The notes beneath the pieces were generated by a model. That model did no database searches. It was given only the letters and a program-made list of their open reading frames with translations, and was not told the origin of the DNA. 64,000 nt of DNA from Lingula anatina (lineage: Eukaryota; Animalia; Brachiopoda): NCBI GenBank assembly GCA_051362555.1, contig CM120647.1, positions 14,856,651 through 14,920,650 of the forward strand. Reading direction: 5' to 3'. How positions within the stretch are numbered: position 1 is the stretch's first letter; the number at the start of each line of letters is the position of its first letter. Shown in pieces: positions 48,201 to 61,763 of this stretch. Made by a program: the position numbers and the translations under genes.

Positions 48201-50042
48201 TCTTTCTTTGATGTAGCATCGTAAGTAGAAGTTAATATCTAAAAAAAAAAAAAACGTAAAACAAGTAAGGCAAACTCGGAGAACAGATTGTATTTCACAC
48301 CCTTGCCGTCAACCATGCCAATGCATTACCAAAATGATATCTGATTTATTTACAGAATTATGGTGCTAGCTAAGTACCATTTCGCACCAATTTTTAAAAA
48401 CAGTTAAAATTGACGATAAACGAGAGTAGAGCTCAAAAGCAGAAACGCGTGGGGGTAGTAAATGACACAAAATGGGGATTTTTTGCTCTCAAAGTGATTA
48501 ATTTTATTGCAGTAGTACCTGTATAAGTATTTTATGTCCAAGAAACGGGGAAAGGGATTATTTTGGCCAATTTAGGCCATTTTAACTTTTTGACCTCCTT
48601 TGAAGGAACCTAGATTAACGTTCATAGTTGATATTTTACGAAAAAGGCTTCCTTGTTATTGAATCATCGATGCTTGGTCGGGTCTTGAAAAAGATAATAA
48701 AAATTAAATATTTTCTTCCGTACTCCACATCCAATGTTTTAATTTTCAATTTGTGTTTTACACATTTTTCTTTGTTTTTCTTTTATTTTATCAAATTATT
48801 GATTGGTCTTTATACAGCAGCCGAGATAGCGAGCAAGGCATTCGAACCTCAGGGCCTTTCCGCTTTGATCGATTATCAAAGAGACGCACGATGCCAAGAA
48901 AGATGGGATCAGGTAAGCACGTACTATTCCTCAGCTAAAACCTCTTGGGCGTCTTTTTCACAATGGTGTTACTTTGAACGGTAGTATAAAAGTATAATTG
49001 TTCAAATGAATCTTCTAAAGAATTTAATTCCATTCACATATGTGAAATAAGTGTTAAACGTTATCTTTGTTTTGATCGAGTGGATCACGTCCAGAGAAAC
49101 TTGTTATTTATTTTATTTTATTTTCGCTTTCCAATTGACCCATCACTCCTGTTTGCAATGTTTTAGTACGTTGACACTAAAGTGCCGAATGTGACATTTG
49201 ACAAAATTTGTTAAAGCAAGTGGTCCATTGTGACGAAACAAGGAGTCCGTGTTACAGAGAGTCCATCTTCCGTTTAATTACACAGGTTAGGGTTAGCCTG
49301 ACGTAAAGGGGTCAAAATAGGGCGAGACTTACCTTTGAAAATTAACGGAAACCGGACTCTCTATCATGAGGGACTTTCTGTCACGTCACACCTGTTCATG
49401 GTTGGTGAAATGATCGCGCGTAACCATTTCTCTCCTGTATCATTTGGTTTACATTTTCAGGATGTCTGTAAGCAGACCAAAGTATGCCTAGAGGATGAAA
49501 AGTGGTGCTCTCTGCCCCTTGATTTCATCATGAACTTGAAATTCAACTTGTCTTTAAAACTCAGTCCCAAACAACCTGTTAAAAACCCATGTGAACTAAC
49601 TGAACTCTGTCTCATTGAATTCACGATTTTCGGAGAGGTGGATTTATCTCACTTTTCACCACGTGGCGCGTGGAAGACCAAAACAGAGGGAGGGTTTCGT
49701 GATGGGTGGTGCTCCCTACCCTTTGGTGAGAGAGATAACATGACCGTTACAGTACCAATTACGCTCAAGCAGAGCGTCCGCCATGTGCGTGATGCTAACC
49801 AATTGTTTGAGGACTTCCTGGATCAAGTTGAAGCTCATATAAAGAAATCTTACCGTCAGATTCCTTACAAAGGAATCGATTTTGAGGTCAGTGTCGTGAG
49901 AGACCGCAGTTCCTCTGGAGAGACCCCATCTAGAAGAAACAATCCCGATCATCCCGTATCTTCTCTTTCTCGAACCCAACACAATCTAATGTTATGGCAG
50001 GCTCTGATGGCAATTATCATTACTTACATTTTAAATGTATAA
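45272..50042 (+). CDS. Somatomedin-B/Cys-rich protein, paralogue 2; exons 45272-46733, 48821-48912, 49461-50042; about 711 aa
   Basis: Same architecture and splice phases as paralogue 1; CAGCAG tandem acceptor at 48815-48820; ends LMLWQALMAIIITYILNV. Confidence 0.85.
46873..47427. mobile_element. Foldback/MITE with long imperfect inverted repeats in intron 1 of paralogue 2
   Basis: TAAGTGGCCCAGACC / GGTCTGGGCCACTTA and GTAATTTACAGGTGAGCTGC / GCAGCTCACCTGTAAATTAC; absent from intron 1 of paralogue 1. Confidence 0.7.
49245..49400. mobile_element. Small inverted-repeat element containing GGTTAGGGTTAG
   Basis: AGAGAGTCC..TTCCGTTTAAT / ATTAACGGAA..GGACTCTCT; not present in paralogue 1. Confidence 0.45.
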
Positions 50043-51468
50043 TTGTCTTATTAAACATTAATTTCCATGACAGTATTTGGAGCTATAATGATACTGAATT
50101 TTCAAGGGGTGACTGGAATTTGGAAGACCTATTATTCTCCTACAACTGCGTTCATCTTAATGCAAATAGTAACCAGTGGCTTAAAATTAGATTTCTAAAT
50201 TTCTTATAGAATATTATAGGGTCAAAAACATGGAAAATGATAAAATTATTATGCTTGTTATGCTGCGTTTTCCCATGCTGACCTATTGTAATAAAAACAA
50301 TTTGCAGTTGGTGTTAGAACATGTAGATTTTTCGATATGTAAGTGAACGGAATGGCAAGGAAATGACAACCGTAAATATTTTATTGACAGAGCTATCACT
50401 TTCTTTATTTCTAGTAAAACTTGAAAATCGTGCATGGCGAAAACACAACATATGTCTGCGATGAAGCTAGTAGGTATCCGATTTACAAAGTAGAATATGG
50501 TACAACACATTTCAGATGACAATAAATTTAATTATTACATGCAGATGGACCTTTTCTCATGACCCAATGAATAGTTCCACACTTCACACAGGAAATCAAT
50601 GCTGCCTTGCTGAGTGTCGTGGCGGTGTGTTATGCTCAATGATTTCAGTTGCTTCTTCAAGTTATCATACAAAAATGCCCTGAAAAGATTACGTAACGTA
50701 CGTATTCTCTCTTTTTGCTGCAAATGAGCTATAATGATATCACTACTCTACAGAGAAAAACTAGCCAGGAAGGTGAAACCCAGGCTGTGGTGTTGTGTGG
50801 TGTTGGGTTAAGCCTGAAAGCCTTTCCGAATTCTGAGCATCTTTTATACGATCATGTTTTCGGCTGTCCCCAGCAATGATAGTTGTGGTAGGCTAGGAAA
50901 ACCCAGATCCAGCCTTTCAAAGGGACAAAAAGAAGGGGATGCAGTTTCTGAGGCTTTAATTATACAGGGTGCTACCCACTGAGTGCTTCTCACGTTAATA
51001 TAATCATTTTTTTTTTGTTTGTTTGTTTTTTGAGCATTGAAGTAACCAGCATCTTTGCTGTCTCGTGTTTATGATTTAAAACAAGTTAAATGATGTAGAG
51101 AAAATGAATCAATAAAAACAATAACATGAAAATATTTAAAAAGGAGAAAGAATGAATTCAAATAATACTTAAGGGATCTTTGTCTTCTTAACTGCGTAGA
51201 ACAACTTCTCTTTCAACATGACAACATGAAGTAAAGTCACACAAACAACCGCATGTATATATTGACCAAAACCTTTTATTTAAAATCCCACATTTGCAAA
51301 GTATGTTTCATAATATCTGACTATGAACTCATCAATATATAGCTATAGTCGTGCACATACATAGATATAGGTATAACCACGATAACATCAAGTCACTACC
51401 ATGTAGGTATCCGCTAAAACCACGCTTTTACGCACTACACGCCTGTGCAGTATGTCCATACAAAATAA

Positions 51469-54400
51469 CTAGGCATTTCTCATCAACCGGTTGATATACC
51501 GACGACTGAGGACACTGGGTGTCCGATATGTTCTCCAAATTGCCCTAGAGCATGGTTGGGATTGACGAGGTCGTGTGCCCACCGTGTCAGCCTCCTTACC
51601 CACTGCCACTATGGCGGGAAGTACCTCGGTCGCAAACAGATATTGGCGCTCCCTATCGAACGTTTCTACTGTGGTGGGTGTGTCTAGGTTGATGAATTGC
51701 CTGGAAGCCGCTGTATATTCCGGCCACTGGACGCTGACCGCGTAACCAACATTTGGATCACTGAAAGGTGGAGAGTGTCCACTGATTAGCAAAACAAGGG
51801 AATTAAACATTGAGATTGGGCATACTCAAAAGAACACTCTGACGTTGCAATCATACTTTTGAAGAAGGTAATTTATTATTATTTCAATTACAACTGATGG
51901 AGTTTGGGCCCATTGAAACCTAATAGGCATCAAGTATTTACATAACAATTATCACAAGATTTTCAATTATAGTGAAACGTTTTCGATTCGGATATTTAAT
52001 CGTATTTTATCTGACCCTTACCCATTTTTTGCGAAGTTGGCTAAATACCGCCTGATGGTTCTTCCAAGTTCCAATTCCTCAGCTGTCAAGTTATATATAT
52101 CCGGGTGCTGTTCAAAAACACCAAAATACAGAATGCCTGTATCATAATGTTCAGCTCGCACAAAAGCAGCCTTAGATAAGTAAGAAGATGGATAGCCTAG
52201 ACGAACAGACAATGTGTATTTATACACTGTGGCACCTCCCGCTGCGTTCAATCTTGCCGACTCCTCTGCTGGCATTCCGAAGAGAAAGTCAGTGTTTTGC
52301 TGCACCGCCCGAGTTAAAATATCCAAAGGATCCATAGGGTCTTGAATGAGGCCGTATTCATGAAGCAAGGACCTAGCAACAGCGACTTCCGCACTTTTCA
52401 TCTTGAATTGATAGAGCAGTGATGCATAAGTTTCGAGATTGGTGCGTTCTTGTGCAACAGAAGGGGGATTTCCTGAAAAAGGAAGTGTGAAAATGCTGCC
52501 GTCATGGGAGGTAGAACCTACCATGTATAGAAGCCCGAATGGCACGTTTTTTCTCAAGAGTTCTCGCGGCTGTCTAGGTATCAAAACTCCATCAATACTT
52601 GGTCTCCAGTCGAGTACTCCACGTACGCCTCCCTCCATTATCTCCACCAATTCCTGAGCGTCCTTATTGCGGAGACAGCGGAGTCTTGCTCTTGGTCGAG
52701 ACATATCACATCCGGCCAGTTTTGAAAACTCCAAACTGACGTTCAAAGACTCGGTCAAAGACCAAGGTGCCAAGCTCGAGCCACTAACTGATATCCCTCC
52801 CTGTATCAAACCACGATTTAGAGGAGAGATCATCTGATAATCCACCGACGCTCCTCCTGCTGAATCACCAATAAGAGTAATGCGATCAGGGTCTCCGCCA
52901 AACGCCTCAGCATTCTCCCGTACCCATTTAATATAGCCCAGTGCTGGTCATACAGGCCGTAATTTCCCCTTGCCTCGTCAGTCCCTGTGCTGAAGAACCC
53001 CAGAAAGCCCAGTCTGTAGTTTATAGTGACGAGGACGACATCAGACTCGAGTGCAAGGATATCTCCATTAAAACTCGCACCTGTTCCTGCCTTGAAAGCA
53101 CCACTGTGAAAATGAATGAAAATCGCCAGGCGAACTCCCGTCTGGCGTAAAATATCAACCCCGCGTGGCACGTACACGTTCAAAAACAGACAATCTTCGT
53201 CCCTTCTGATGTTGGTGATTGTTCGACCTAAGTTGACGTAGAAGGTAATTGAGCTGTCAGGCTGCGGGCAGTGGGGACCGAACTGTTTCGCCTGTCGAAT
53301 GCTTTCTCCCCATCCAGGGTGTCTCTTGGGATTGGCGAATCGAAGCCTCCCAACTGGAGGTTTTGCGTATGGTATTCCAAGGAAGCGATCAACTATATCC
53401 GCACCTATAGACGAAAATGTCAGGAAATCATGATATGAATGCTTATTGCGCTAGAGATGATTTGAGTATTTTGAAAGACCGTCAATTCCTTCTCAACCGT
53501 AGCTCACCTGTCACAATTCACTCCATCTCGAGCGTGACTAAGTGCATGCGCACACGTGGGAACAAACAAACAAACAAACACACACACACACACACAAACA
53601 CAAACACATTTTCATAGCTCATGTTACCAGACTGGCAGAAACGTGATTAATTTAGCCGTTTTTTACCATAAAATCTCCCCGCAGGAAGTCAAAAGTGTTG
53701 TTTTATTCCACTGCAAAAAACGTCTATCAATAACAAGAAAGAAAGTTCTATAATCCCCAACCAAAAAGTGTCACCCCTATAGCAATGCGTAAAGTAATGC
53801 AGAAAATCCTGTCATCAACTTTTGTTCTTTATTCAACTTTTATAAGGAATTTTCTTATTGTACCACCCATAAATAGACTAAACATATAAAAATTAAAGCC
53901 ATATTTTAGTGGTTTGTACAGTATGGAAGCAAGGGTCAGCGTTAAGGTTCTCACTGACCATCGACAGCTTGTCTACACCATAGTAGCCAATACACCCCGT
54001 GCATGACTTATGTTGGATGTGGTTTCCTTCGGTCGGCCTTGCCCAGGCAATTTTGCCCATATGTCTGTTCTTTAATGATGCTGACTATCAATCTGAATGG
54101 TTCTCATGGAACAACCCAATCTTCTGGCAATTCAGCTAGCCAAAAGTCCAATCTATGTCAACCTTTTGGTAAAAAAGTTTCCCTCTCACTTAGGAGCTGC
54201 GTGTTAAAAATAATTGGTTTGGGGGTATTTTAATTGTTACGCTAGGTAGGTTAGTCTACTAATCACATCAGCAATTTACACGATGTTCGATTGCTTACTT
54301 GTTGTGGAATTACCTCCTCCAAGGAGGTTATGTTTTCATCCCTGTTTGTCTGTTTGTTTGTCTGTCATCAACATAACTCAAAAAGTTATGGACCAATTTT

Positions 54401-55491
54401 GATGAAATTTTCAGGAACTGCCAGAAGTGGGCCAAGGAAGAAATGATTAGTTTTTGGTGGTGATCCGGATCAATAATGAATAATAATCAAAAATCGCTGC
54501 CGTGGCGGAGGTCTGCGCTCTCGGAGTGCTTTTCTAGTATTAAAATTAAAACCATAGGAACCCTCATTGCAATGCAAATAATTGCAGTAGGTGATACTTT
54601 TTTGGTATTTGAGTATATGTATATTACCTGGGTAGTATACACATGTGTATATACATTAATTCTTTATAAGAAACCGACCAGCAGTTAATTCAGAGATTGA
54701 ATTTATAGTGTAAAATATGGGAATTATATTACCCCGAAATAGTTTGGTGCCATTTTTCACACACACACGCACGCGCACACACACACACACACACACATTT
54801 ATAAAAAAACATTGATAATTAACAGTGTAAAGGGTGAGATAGTTTGGCATATATATACAGTCATATATACGCGCATTCATTAATTTTTTAATTGCTTTAG
54901 AGCTATTTGATCGCTCGTGTCTGATGCCAGAGGGTTAAACGCGCCAAACATAAAACCATAAAACATGTCATATAACCTGTGTTCCAATTATATAAAACAT
55001 GGTATTTAGGGGGAACAGAACATTTTGTACAAGCAAGTTAAATGTTTTGAGAGTTAATTTTTTCATTTTCTTGCTGTTAAACGACGGATGGTTAATATTA
55101 CTCGGAGTATTACTGTTACTATGTGCGGTAAAAAAGAAAAATTCTATTTGTCTAGCTACACCTTTTCTCCCTTTCTTTGCCTCCCTTTCTTTCTTTCAAA
55201 TGCCCACTTGTTAGTTGTTTTTCTTGTATGGACCCGCACAAGAAGCATACATGTGCCCTCATCATTTTTTCTCAGTCTACGATCTTTTAGGAGAAAACCA
55301 TCCACAGTACGACATAAAAGTTAACTAACTGTGGCAATTGTCAACTTACTAACACCGGTATCCACCTCTCCTCTGTCTCCAACAATATTTCCCAGGTTTG
55401 TTCTGACCACAGGAGTATCTGTACACAAAACCACTTGTATCTGTACCAAAATATAGAAAGAAGCAGCCGAGAGAACTTTGTTACTCGCCAT
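51469..55491 (-). pseudogene. Carboxylesterase copy E with one 2-bp frameshift; exons 55491-55350, 53404-52022, 51760-51469
   Basis: Exon 2 is 1383 bp against 1381 in A, D and F; ATTTAATATAGCCC at about 52926-52939 against ATTTAATAGCCC; triad motifs and splice sites otherwise intact. Confidence 0.85.
54311..54538 (+). mobile_element. Non-autonomous Helentron/Helitron-type element (HINE-like)
   Basis: Subterminal inverted repeats ACCTCCTCCAAGG / CCGTGGCGGAGGT, GTTT/GTCT microsatellite, 3' hairpin GCGCTC-TCG-GAGTGC, CTAGT end; empty sites at about 19205 and 24025. Confidence 0.85.
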
Positions 55492-56537
55492 CTTTGCTGT
55501 TTCTGATTTTTATAGCCAGCCGCTTACGTGTCGATAGGTGCGGATATCATGACGTAGCACTGCCGGATAGAAAGTGAAGCTGTAAAGAATATTTGATAAT
55601 GTATTCGTCGCCGGTAATGAGCCGTAAATATTAACGCCGTACGAATTGAAGCCCAACAGGTATATACAGTTATTCTGAAAACTTTATATTGTTTATAATT
55701 CCACTCTCTGATGAATTCTCCCAAAACTTAAATCTTGTAAGAGGTAATACTGTATTTACATACAATCGGTCTGGTTCGTGGCACACAAGCCAAAGGTACC
55801 AGTAGGTGAGTCGGATTTTCAGACTTGTTATTTTAAAATATAGTTTACTACATTCTGTCCTAAAAACAAAGATTTATTTTATCATCCAATATTGTTAGAA
55901 GGTAATATTAGATATGAAATAACAATCAGCTTTAGTGGAAATGTTCGGCTGTGGTGTTGGATTAAGCCTGAAGACCTTTCCCAATGGTAACACAGAAACA
56001 TTGGCCAGCGAACCAATTCTGGGCATCTTTTATATTATGTTTTCGGCTGTCCTCAACAGTGATAGTTGTGGTGGGCTTGGAAAATTAAGCTGTTCCAGCT
56101 TCCTAAAGGGACAAGAAGAAGGGGAACCAGTTTTTTCTTTCTTATTCAGAGGCTTTAATTATACAGGGTGCCACCCCAAATATCCTCACTCTTTGACTGT
56201 CCATCACTTTTTCACCTCCGTTTGTTATGTTGTTTTCACCTTCGCTTGTTTGTTCGTTCGTTCATCACCATCCAAACTCAAAACGCTATGGATGGGTTTT
56301 GATGAAATGCTCAATATAGGTCATAAATATGCTCACTGATTAAAGTATGATGATGAACTGTATCACCTTACACCCCATTTATATCTGTGTGTATAGCGTG
56401 TCGCGGCACAGAGTTCGTCTATGTTTTGTCTTTCCTGTCACGCATGCATCATTAGGTCCGCCCCTCTGGCTTCTCATAAATTTTAATATTTTAAGTCAAG
56501 GCTGGTGTAACGTGATTAATTTGAATATATTCCATTA

Positions 56538-56568
<31 letters not shown>

Positions 56569-57290
56569 ACACTGCAATCAGACTACTAGCGCCAAGCATA
56601 TGAGGTACTGTTTTAAAATTTGAAAGGATGCGAAGAATTCTTGCAAACTTGGCTCAAATGTGCTGCAAACATTTTGATTTTTCTCAGGGGACTTGTATTT
56701 TTTTCTTCCATGGGTATGCCACCAGTGCATTAATCAAATGATTTGACTTTGTATTTATGGTTTGATTAATCAGTTATTAATAGTTATAGATTGACTTTTC
56801 TTGGGGGAGCTCTCTGAATGCTTCTCTCCTTAATATAATTTTATTTTTTTGTTTTTTGAGCATTAAATTTTTTTATCTTTACTGTCTCATTTTGATGTTT
56901 TAAAACAAGCTAAATGAGGTACAGAAAAATAAATCAATAAAGACAATAACATAAAAATATTTTAAATTGAGAAAAGAAATGAAAACAAATAATATTTAAG
57001 AGATCTGTGCCTTTTTAACTGCGTAGAACAACTTCTCTTTCATTGAAGTAAAGTCACACACAAACAACCGCGTGTATGTATTGACCAATGCCTTTTATTT
57101 AAAATCCCACATTTGCATATCTCACTTTGAACCCATCAATAGATAGATATCGCCATGCACATGAATGGATATAGCTATAACCACGATAACATCAAGTCAC
57201 TACCATGTAGGTATGCATGTAGTCCCAATTAAACCACGCCTATACCCAAACACGCACTACACGAATGCTGCATTATCTCCATACAAATAA

Positions 57291-60200
57291 CTAAGTATTT
57301 CTCATCAACCAGTTGAAATACCGACGACTGAGGATCTTGGGTCTCCTATATGTTCTCCAAACTGCCCTAGAGCATGGTTGGGATTGACGGGGACGTGCAG
57401 CCACTGTGTCAGCCTCTTTACCCAGTGTCACTATGGCCGGAAGTACCTCGGTAGCAAACAGATACTGGCGCTCCCTATTGAATGTTTCCACGGTGGTGGG
57501 CGTGTCCAGGTTGATGAATTGTCTGGAAGACGCTTCATATTCCGGCCATTGGACGCTGACCGGGTCACCAACATTTGGATCACTGAAACGAGACGAAAGT
57601 GGTGGCTGATTAACAAAACAATAAAATTGCATATTGATATTGATACTGATCATACCCAAAGCTACATTCTGACGTCAGAGTCACATCACACTTACTTGTC
57701 TTCATTTTTTTTTTCAGATCACTTAAATGACAATTGATGGACATTGGTGCCCCTGAAACCTAATGGGCATCAAGTATTTCCATTTACAATTAAAATCAGT
57801 TTCATGAATTGCAATAAAATATTTCTGATATTGAATCGTGTGTTATCGATCCCTTACCCGTTTTTGGCAAAGTTGGCTATATACCGCCTGATGGTTCTTC
57901 CAAGTTCCAATTCCTCAGCTGTCAAATTATATACCTCTGGGTGCTGTTCAAAAACACCAAAATACAAAACACGGGTATCAAAATGTTCGGCTCGTATAAA
58001 AGGCAACTTGGGTATAAAAGAAGAAGGATAACCAAGACGAACAGATAATGTGTATTTGTACGTCGTGGCACCTCCGGCTTCGTTCAGTCTCGCCGACTCC
58101 TCTGCTGGCATTCCGAAGAGAAAGTCAGTGCTCTGTTGCACCGCCCGGGTCAGGACATCCAAAGGATCCATGGGGTCTTGGATGAGGCCGTATTCATGAA
58201 GCGAGGACCTAGCAACAGCGATTTCAGCGCTTTCCAAATTGAAATGATACGCAACTGATGCATACGTTTGAAAATTGAAGCGTTGCTGGGCAACAGTAGG
58301 AGGGTTCCCTGCTGACGGAAGTGAGTAGATGCTGCCGTCATGGGAGGTAGCGCCTACCATATATCGAAGCCCGGATGTCACGTTTTCTCCCAGTAGTTCT
58401 CGTGGGTGTTTTGGTATAAATACTCCATCTATATTTGGTCGCCAGTCGAGTCCTCCTCGTAGCCCTTCCTCCCTTATCGCTGCCAATTCCTGAGCGTCCT
58501 TATTGCGGAGACAGCGGAGTCTTGCTCTTGGTCGAGGCATATCACATCCGGCCAGTTTTGAAAACTCCAAACTGACGTTCAAAGACTCGGTCAGAGACCA
58601 AGGTGCCAAGCTCGACCCACTCACTGATATCCCTCCCTGTATCAAACCACGATTTAGCGGAGAGATCATCTGAAAATCCACCGACGCCCCTCCTGCCGAA
58701 TCACCAATAAGAGTAATGCGATCAGGGTCTCCGCCAAACGTCTCTGCATTCTCCCGTACCCATTTAATAGCCAAATGTTGGTCGAATAGGCCGTAATTGC
58801 CTCTTGCCTCGTCAGTCCCTGTGTTGAAGAACGCTAAGAAGCCCACCCTGTAGTTTACAGTGACGACGATCACATCGGCGTCCTGTGCAAGGGTGTCTCC
58901 ATTAAAAGTAGCACCTGTCCCTGCTCTGAAGGAACCACCGTGGAGATGAATCAGAATAGCCAGACGAACGCCCGTCTCATTTAGGATATCAACCCCGCGT
59001 GGCACGTATACGTTCAAAAATAGACAATCTTCGTCCCGTGTGAGGTTGGTGATTGTTCGACCTAGGACGGCGTAGAGTGAAATTGAGCTGTCAGGCTGCG
59101 GGCAGTGGGGACCGAATTGTTTCGCTTGTCGAATGCTGTCTCCCCATCCAGGGTGAAGCTCGGGATTGGCGAATCGAAGTTTCCCAACTGGGGGTTTTGC
59201 GTATGGTATTCCAAGGAAACGATCAACTACACCAGTGCCTATAGAAGAAAATGTCAAGAAATCATGACAAGAATGTTAATTGTACTAGAGATGTTTTAAG
59301 AATTTTGAAGGACTGCCACATCCTTTTCAACTGTGGCTCACCTGTCACAATGGAAACCATGTCTACCGCACACGTGGGAATAAACACACACATACACAAA
59401 CAGACGCACAAACACACATGTCCACAGATGTAGTTACCAGACTGGCAGTGATATGTCTATTTTGGCTGGTTACTTTGGTTGGTACCCTAGGAACTCCCTG
59501 CAGAACGTGAACAGGGCCGTACATGTTTTATTCCGCTACATAACACGGCAATCTATATAACCAGGACCGTAGGCCGCGTGATGACAAAGGTGGGAGTCTT
59601 AAAGGAATGACGTAAAACTGTTCGTATGATATCCATATTTCACTATAAATACATTGTAAACAACTCATAGAAATATAATAAATTCTATTTTACCACCAAA
59701 ATGGTGGTTAACGCAATTTTCTGGAATTTGTGCTTGTCATTGGACCACGTGACATCCATAGATGGCTATACTCTGTAATAGCCTCTTAAGAGAATATTAC
59801 AAAAAGCGAACTTTTTAGAAAACAACCAGGGAATAACTTTGAATGTCAGAATGGATTTATTAACCATTAGTAAGTACGGGAAAACTGTTGTTTATCCCAG
59901 GAAAATTCATTTTTTTGCCAAAATAAACAGTTGTTATCCCTCTAACCTTTCCCTTTCTCCTTTCTCCACCCGGTGTCTGGATAAGCACCACGGGCGGTAG
60001 ACCTATAAACAGTCTTCTTAATTTGTTGGTCTTTTAACACCTGTCCTTCCCAAATAACATTTCTTAATCTAAAAACGTGAAGAGTTCTACATAAAAAGCG
60101 GATGAGCTCACAGAACATATTGAGACCATGTCTAGCGCGAACTACAACAAGCATATAGGTTGATCTACTTTTTGAATTCACACTATTAAATACGGCAAGT

Positions 60201-60538
60201 GTATATTACCCCCCCCCCCCCCCCCCCCCCCCCCCCACGAGATAGTTCGGTGCAACTTTTGTTTGTTTATTTTTGGTATATCTATACCGACAAATACAAG
60301 CGTTTTCATTAGAGCTATTTGATGACTAGTGGCTGATGCCAGAGGGTTAAACGTGCCAAGCATAAAACCATAAACACGTCCTATTCTCTACGTTACAATT
60401 ATATAGCAATATGGTATTTACGGGAAACAAAACATCCTGTCGAACAACATTTTTTGAAGGTTGACCCTATTTATTTGTTTTCTGTTTTACAATGGAAGGT
60501 TGATAGAGTTGTACACTTTATGTGCGAGAAATGGAAAA

Positions 60539-60580
<42 letters not shown>

Positions 60581-61151
60581 AAACGTGGTTTTTTTCCTTG
60601 TATTATACTGAATCTGTCACGATCTCCTTTATCATGTGCACACATAAGCACTCACACGTGCGCGATCACACACAAAAACGCACGTACGGACACACACGCA
60701 CACACACACAAATATACACAAACAAACACTAGTTTAGCCATACTCTGTTCTCAATAAGTCCACACCCCGTAGTTAAGACACAAAACGAATGGATTGGTCT
60801 TTCTCATATAAGATATCTCAGTACAAGCCATCATATATGTGCATTTCAAAGTCTATAGTTAAAAAGACCAACAGAGGTCACAGCGATTTTTTTTCTTTTT
60901 GTAACCTGTATTTTACTTTAAACTACCCCAGCATTTTTTCAGGTTACGACCTCGAAGTACGATATCTGTTGCAATAGATATGGCAAACCAAAGGCAAACA
61001 TCAACTTACTGGCACCGGTATCCACCTCTCGTCTGTCTCCAACAATCTTTCCCAGGTTTGTTCTGACCACAGGAGTATCTGTACAGAAAACAACTTCTAT
61101 CTGTACAAAAATATAGAAACAGACAGCCGAGAGAACTTTGTGGCTCGCCAT
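57291..61151 (-). CDS. Secreted type-B carboxylesterase/lipase, copy F; exons 61151-61010, 59238-57858, 57582-57291; 604 aa
   Basis: Open frame, canonical splice sites, HGGSF, GDSAGG, TSHDG, AEHFD, FAKNG|DPN. Confidence 0.92.
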
Positions 61152-61763
61152 CTTAGCTGTCGCAAGTCCCTAGTGGCACGGTCACGATATGATGCTGCCG
61201 GCTAGAACGTGAAGCGGTAAAAAATGCATAGTAATGTATTTGCCACGCGTCATAAACCGTAAATATTAACACCGTACCTTTTGAAACCCAACAGGTATAT
61301 ACGGTTATTGTGCCCTTTGAATACTTTAAATGGTTTATAATAACACCCTCTGATGACTTCTCCCAAAACGATAAATCTTGCAGTTGGTCCCATTGTGTAT
61401 TTTCGTTGCCCTTAAAAGCCACTTTTCACTTTTTATTTCCTGAGATGCCAAAAAACTTAATTTTATTTTGTGTCATTCGTGATCATGAATGATCCAATCC
61501 CTTGCCTCGTGCATGCGACTTTTTATTCTCCGCCCTTAGTGAAACGGAGTCATTATACCCAGTGATTAGTGCTTTTTTATTTTCGACGCACATAATCAGT
61601 GAAATATGAATAAAGTTTTATTCACTGTAATTTGTGAATTGATGATTTTATTTTCCGTGCTCACTATCCAACCCCCTTGGGACCCTTCTTGCAACAACAC
61701 TCGAACTGGTTGGTGCTTTTCAAGCTAGGCGTGTCGGTTTTTCGGACTTAATATTTTAAACTA

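Noticed and set aside
2846-61151. Assigning a symbol such as ache, nlgn, cel or ces
   Set aside because: Motifs give the family only; the AChE FGESAG motif and the neuroligin TM and cytoplasmic tail are absent, and orthology needs a phylogeny
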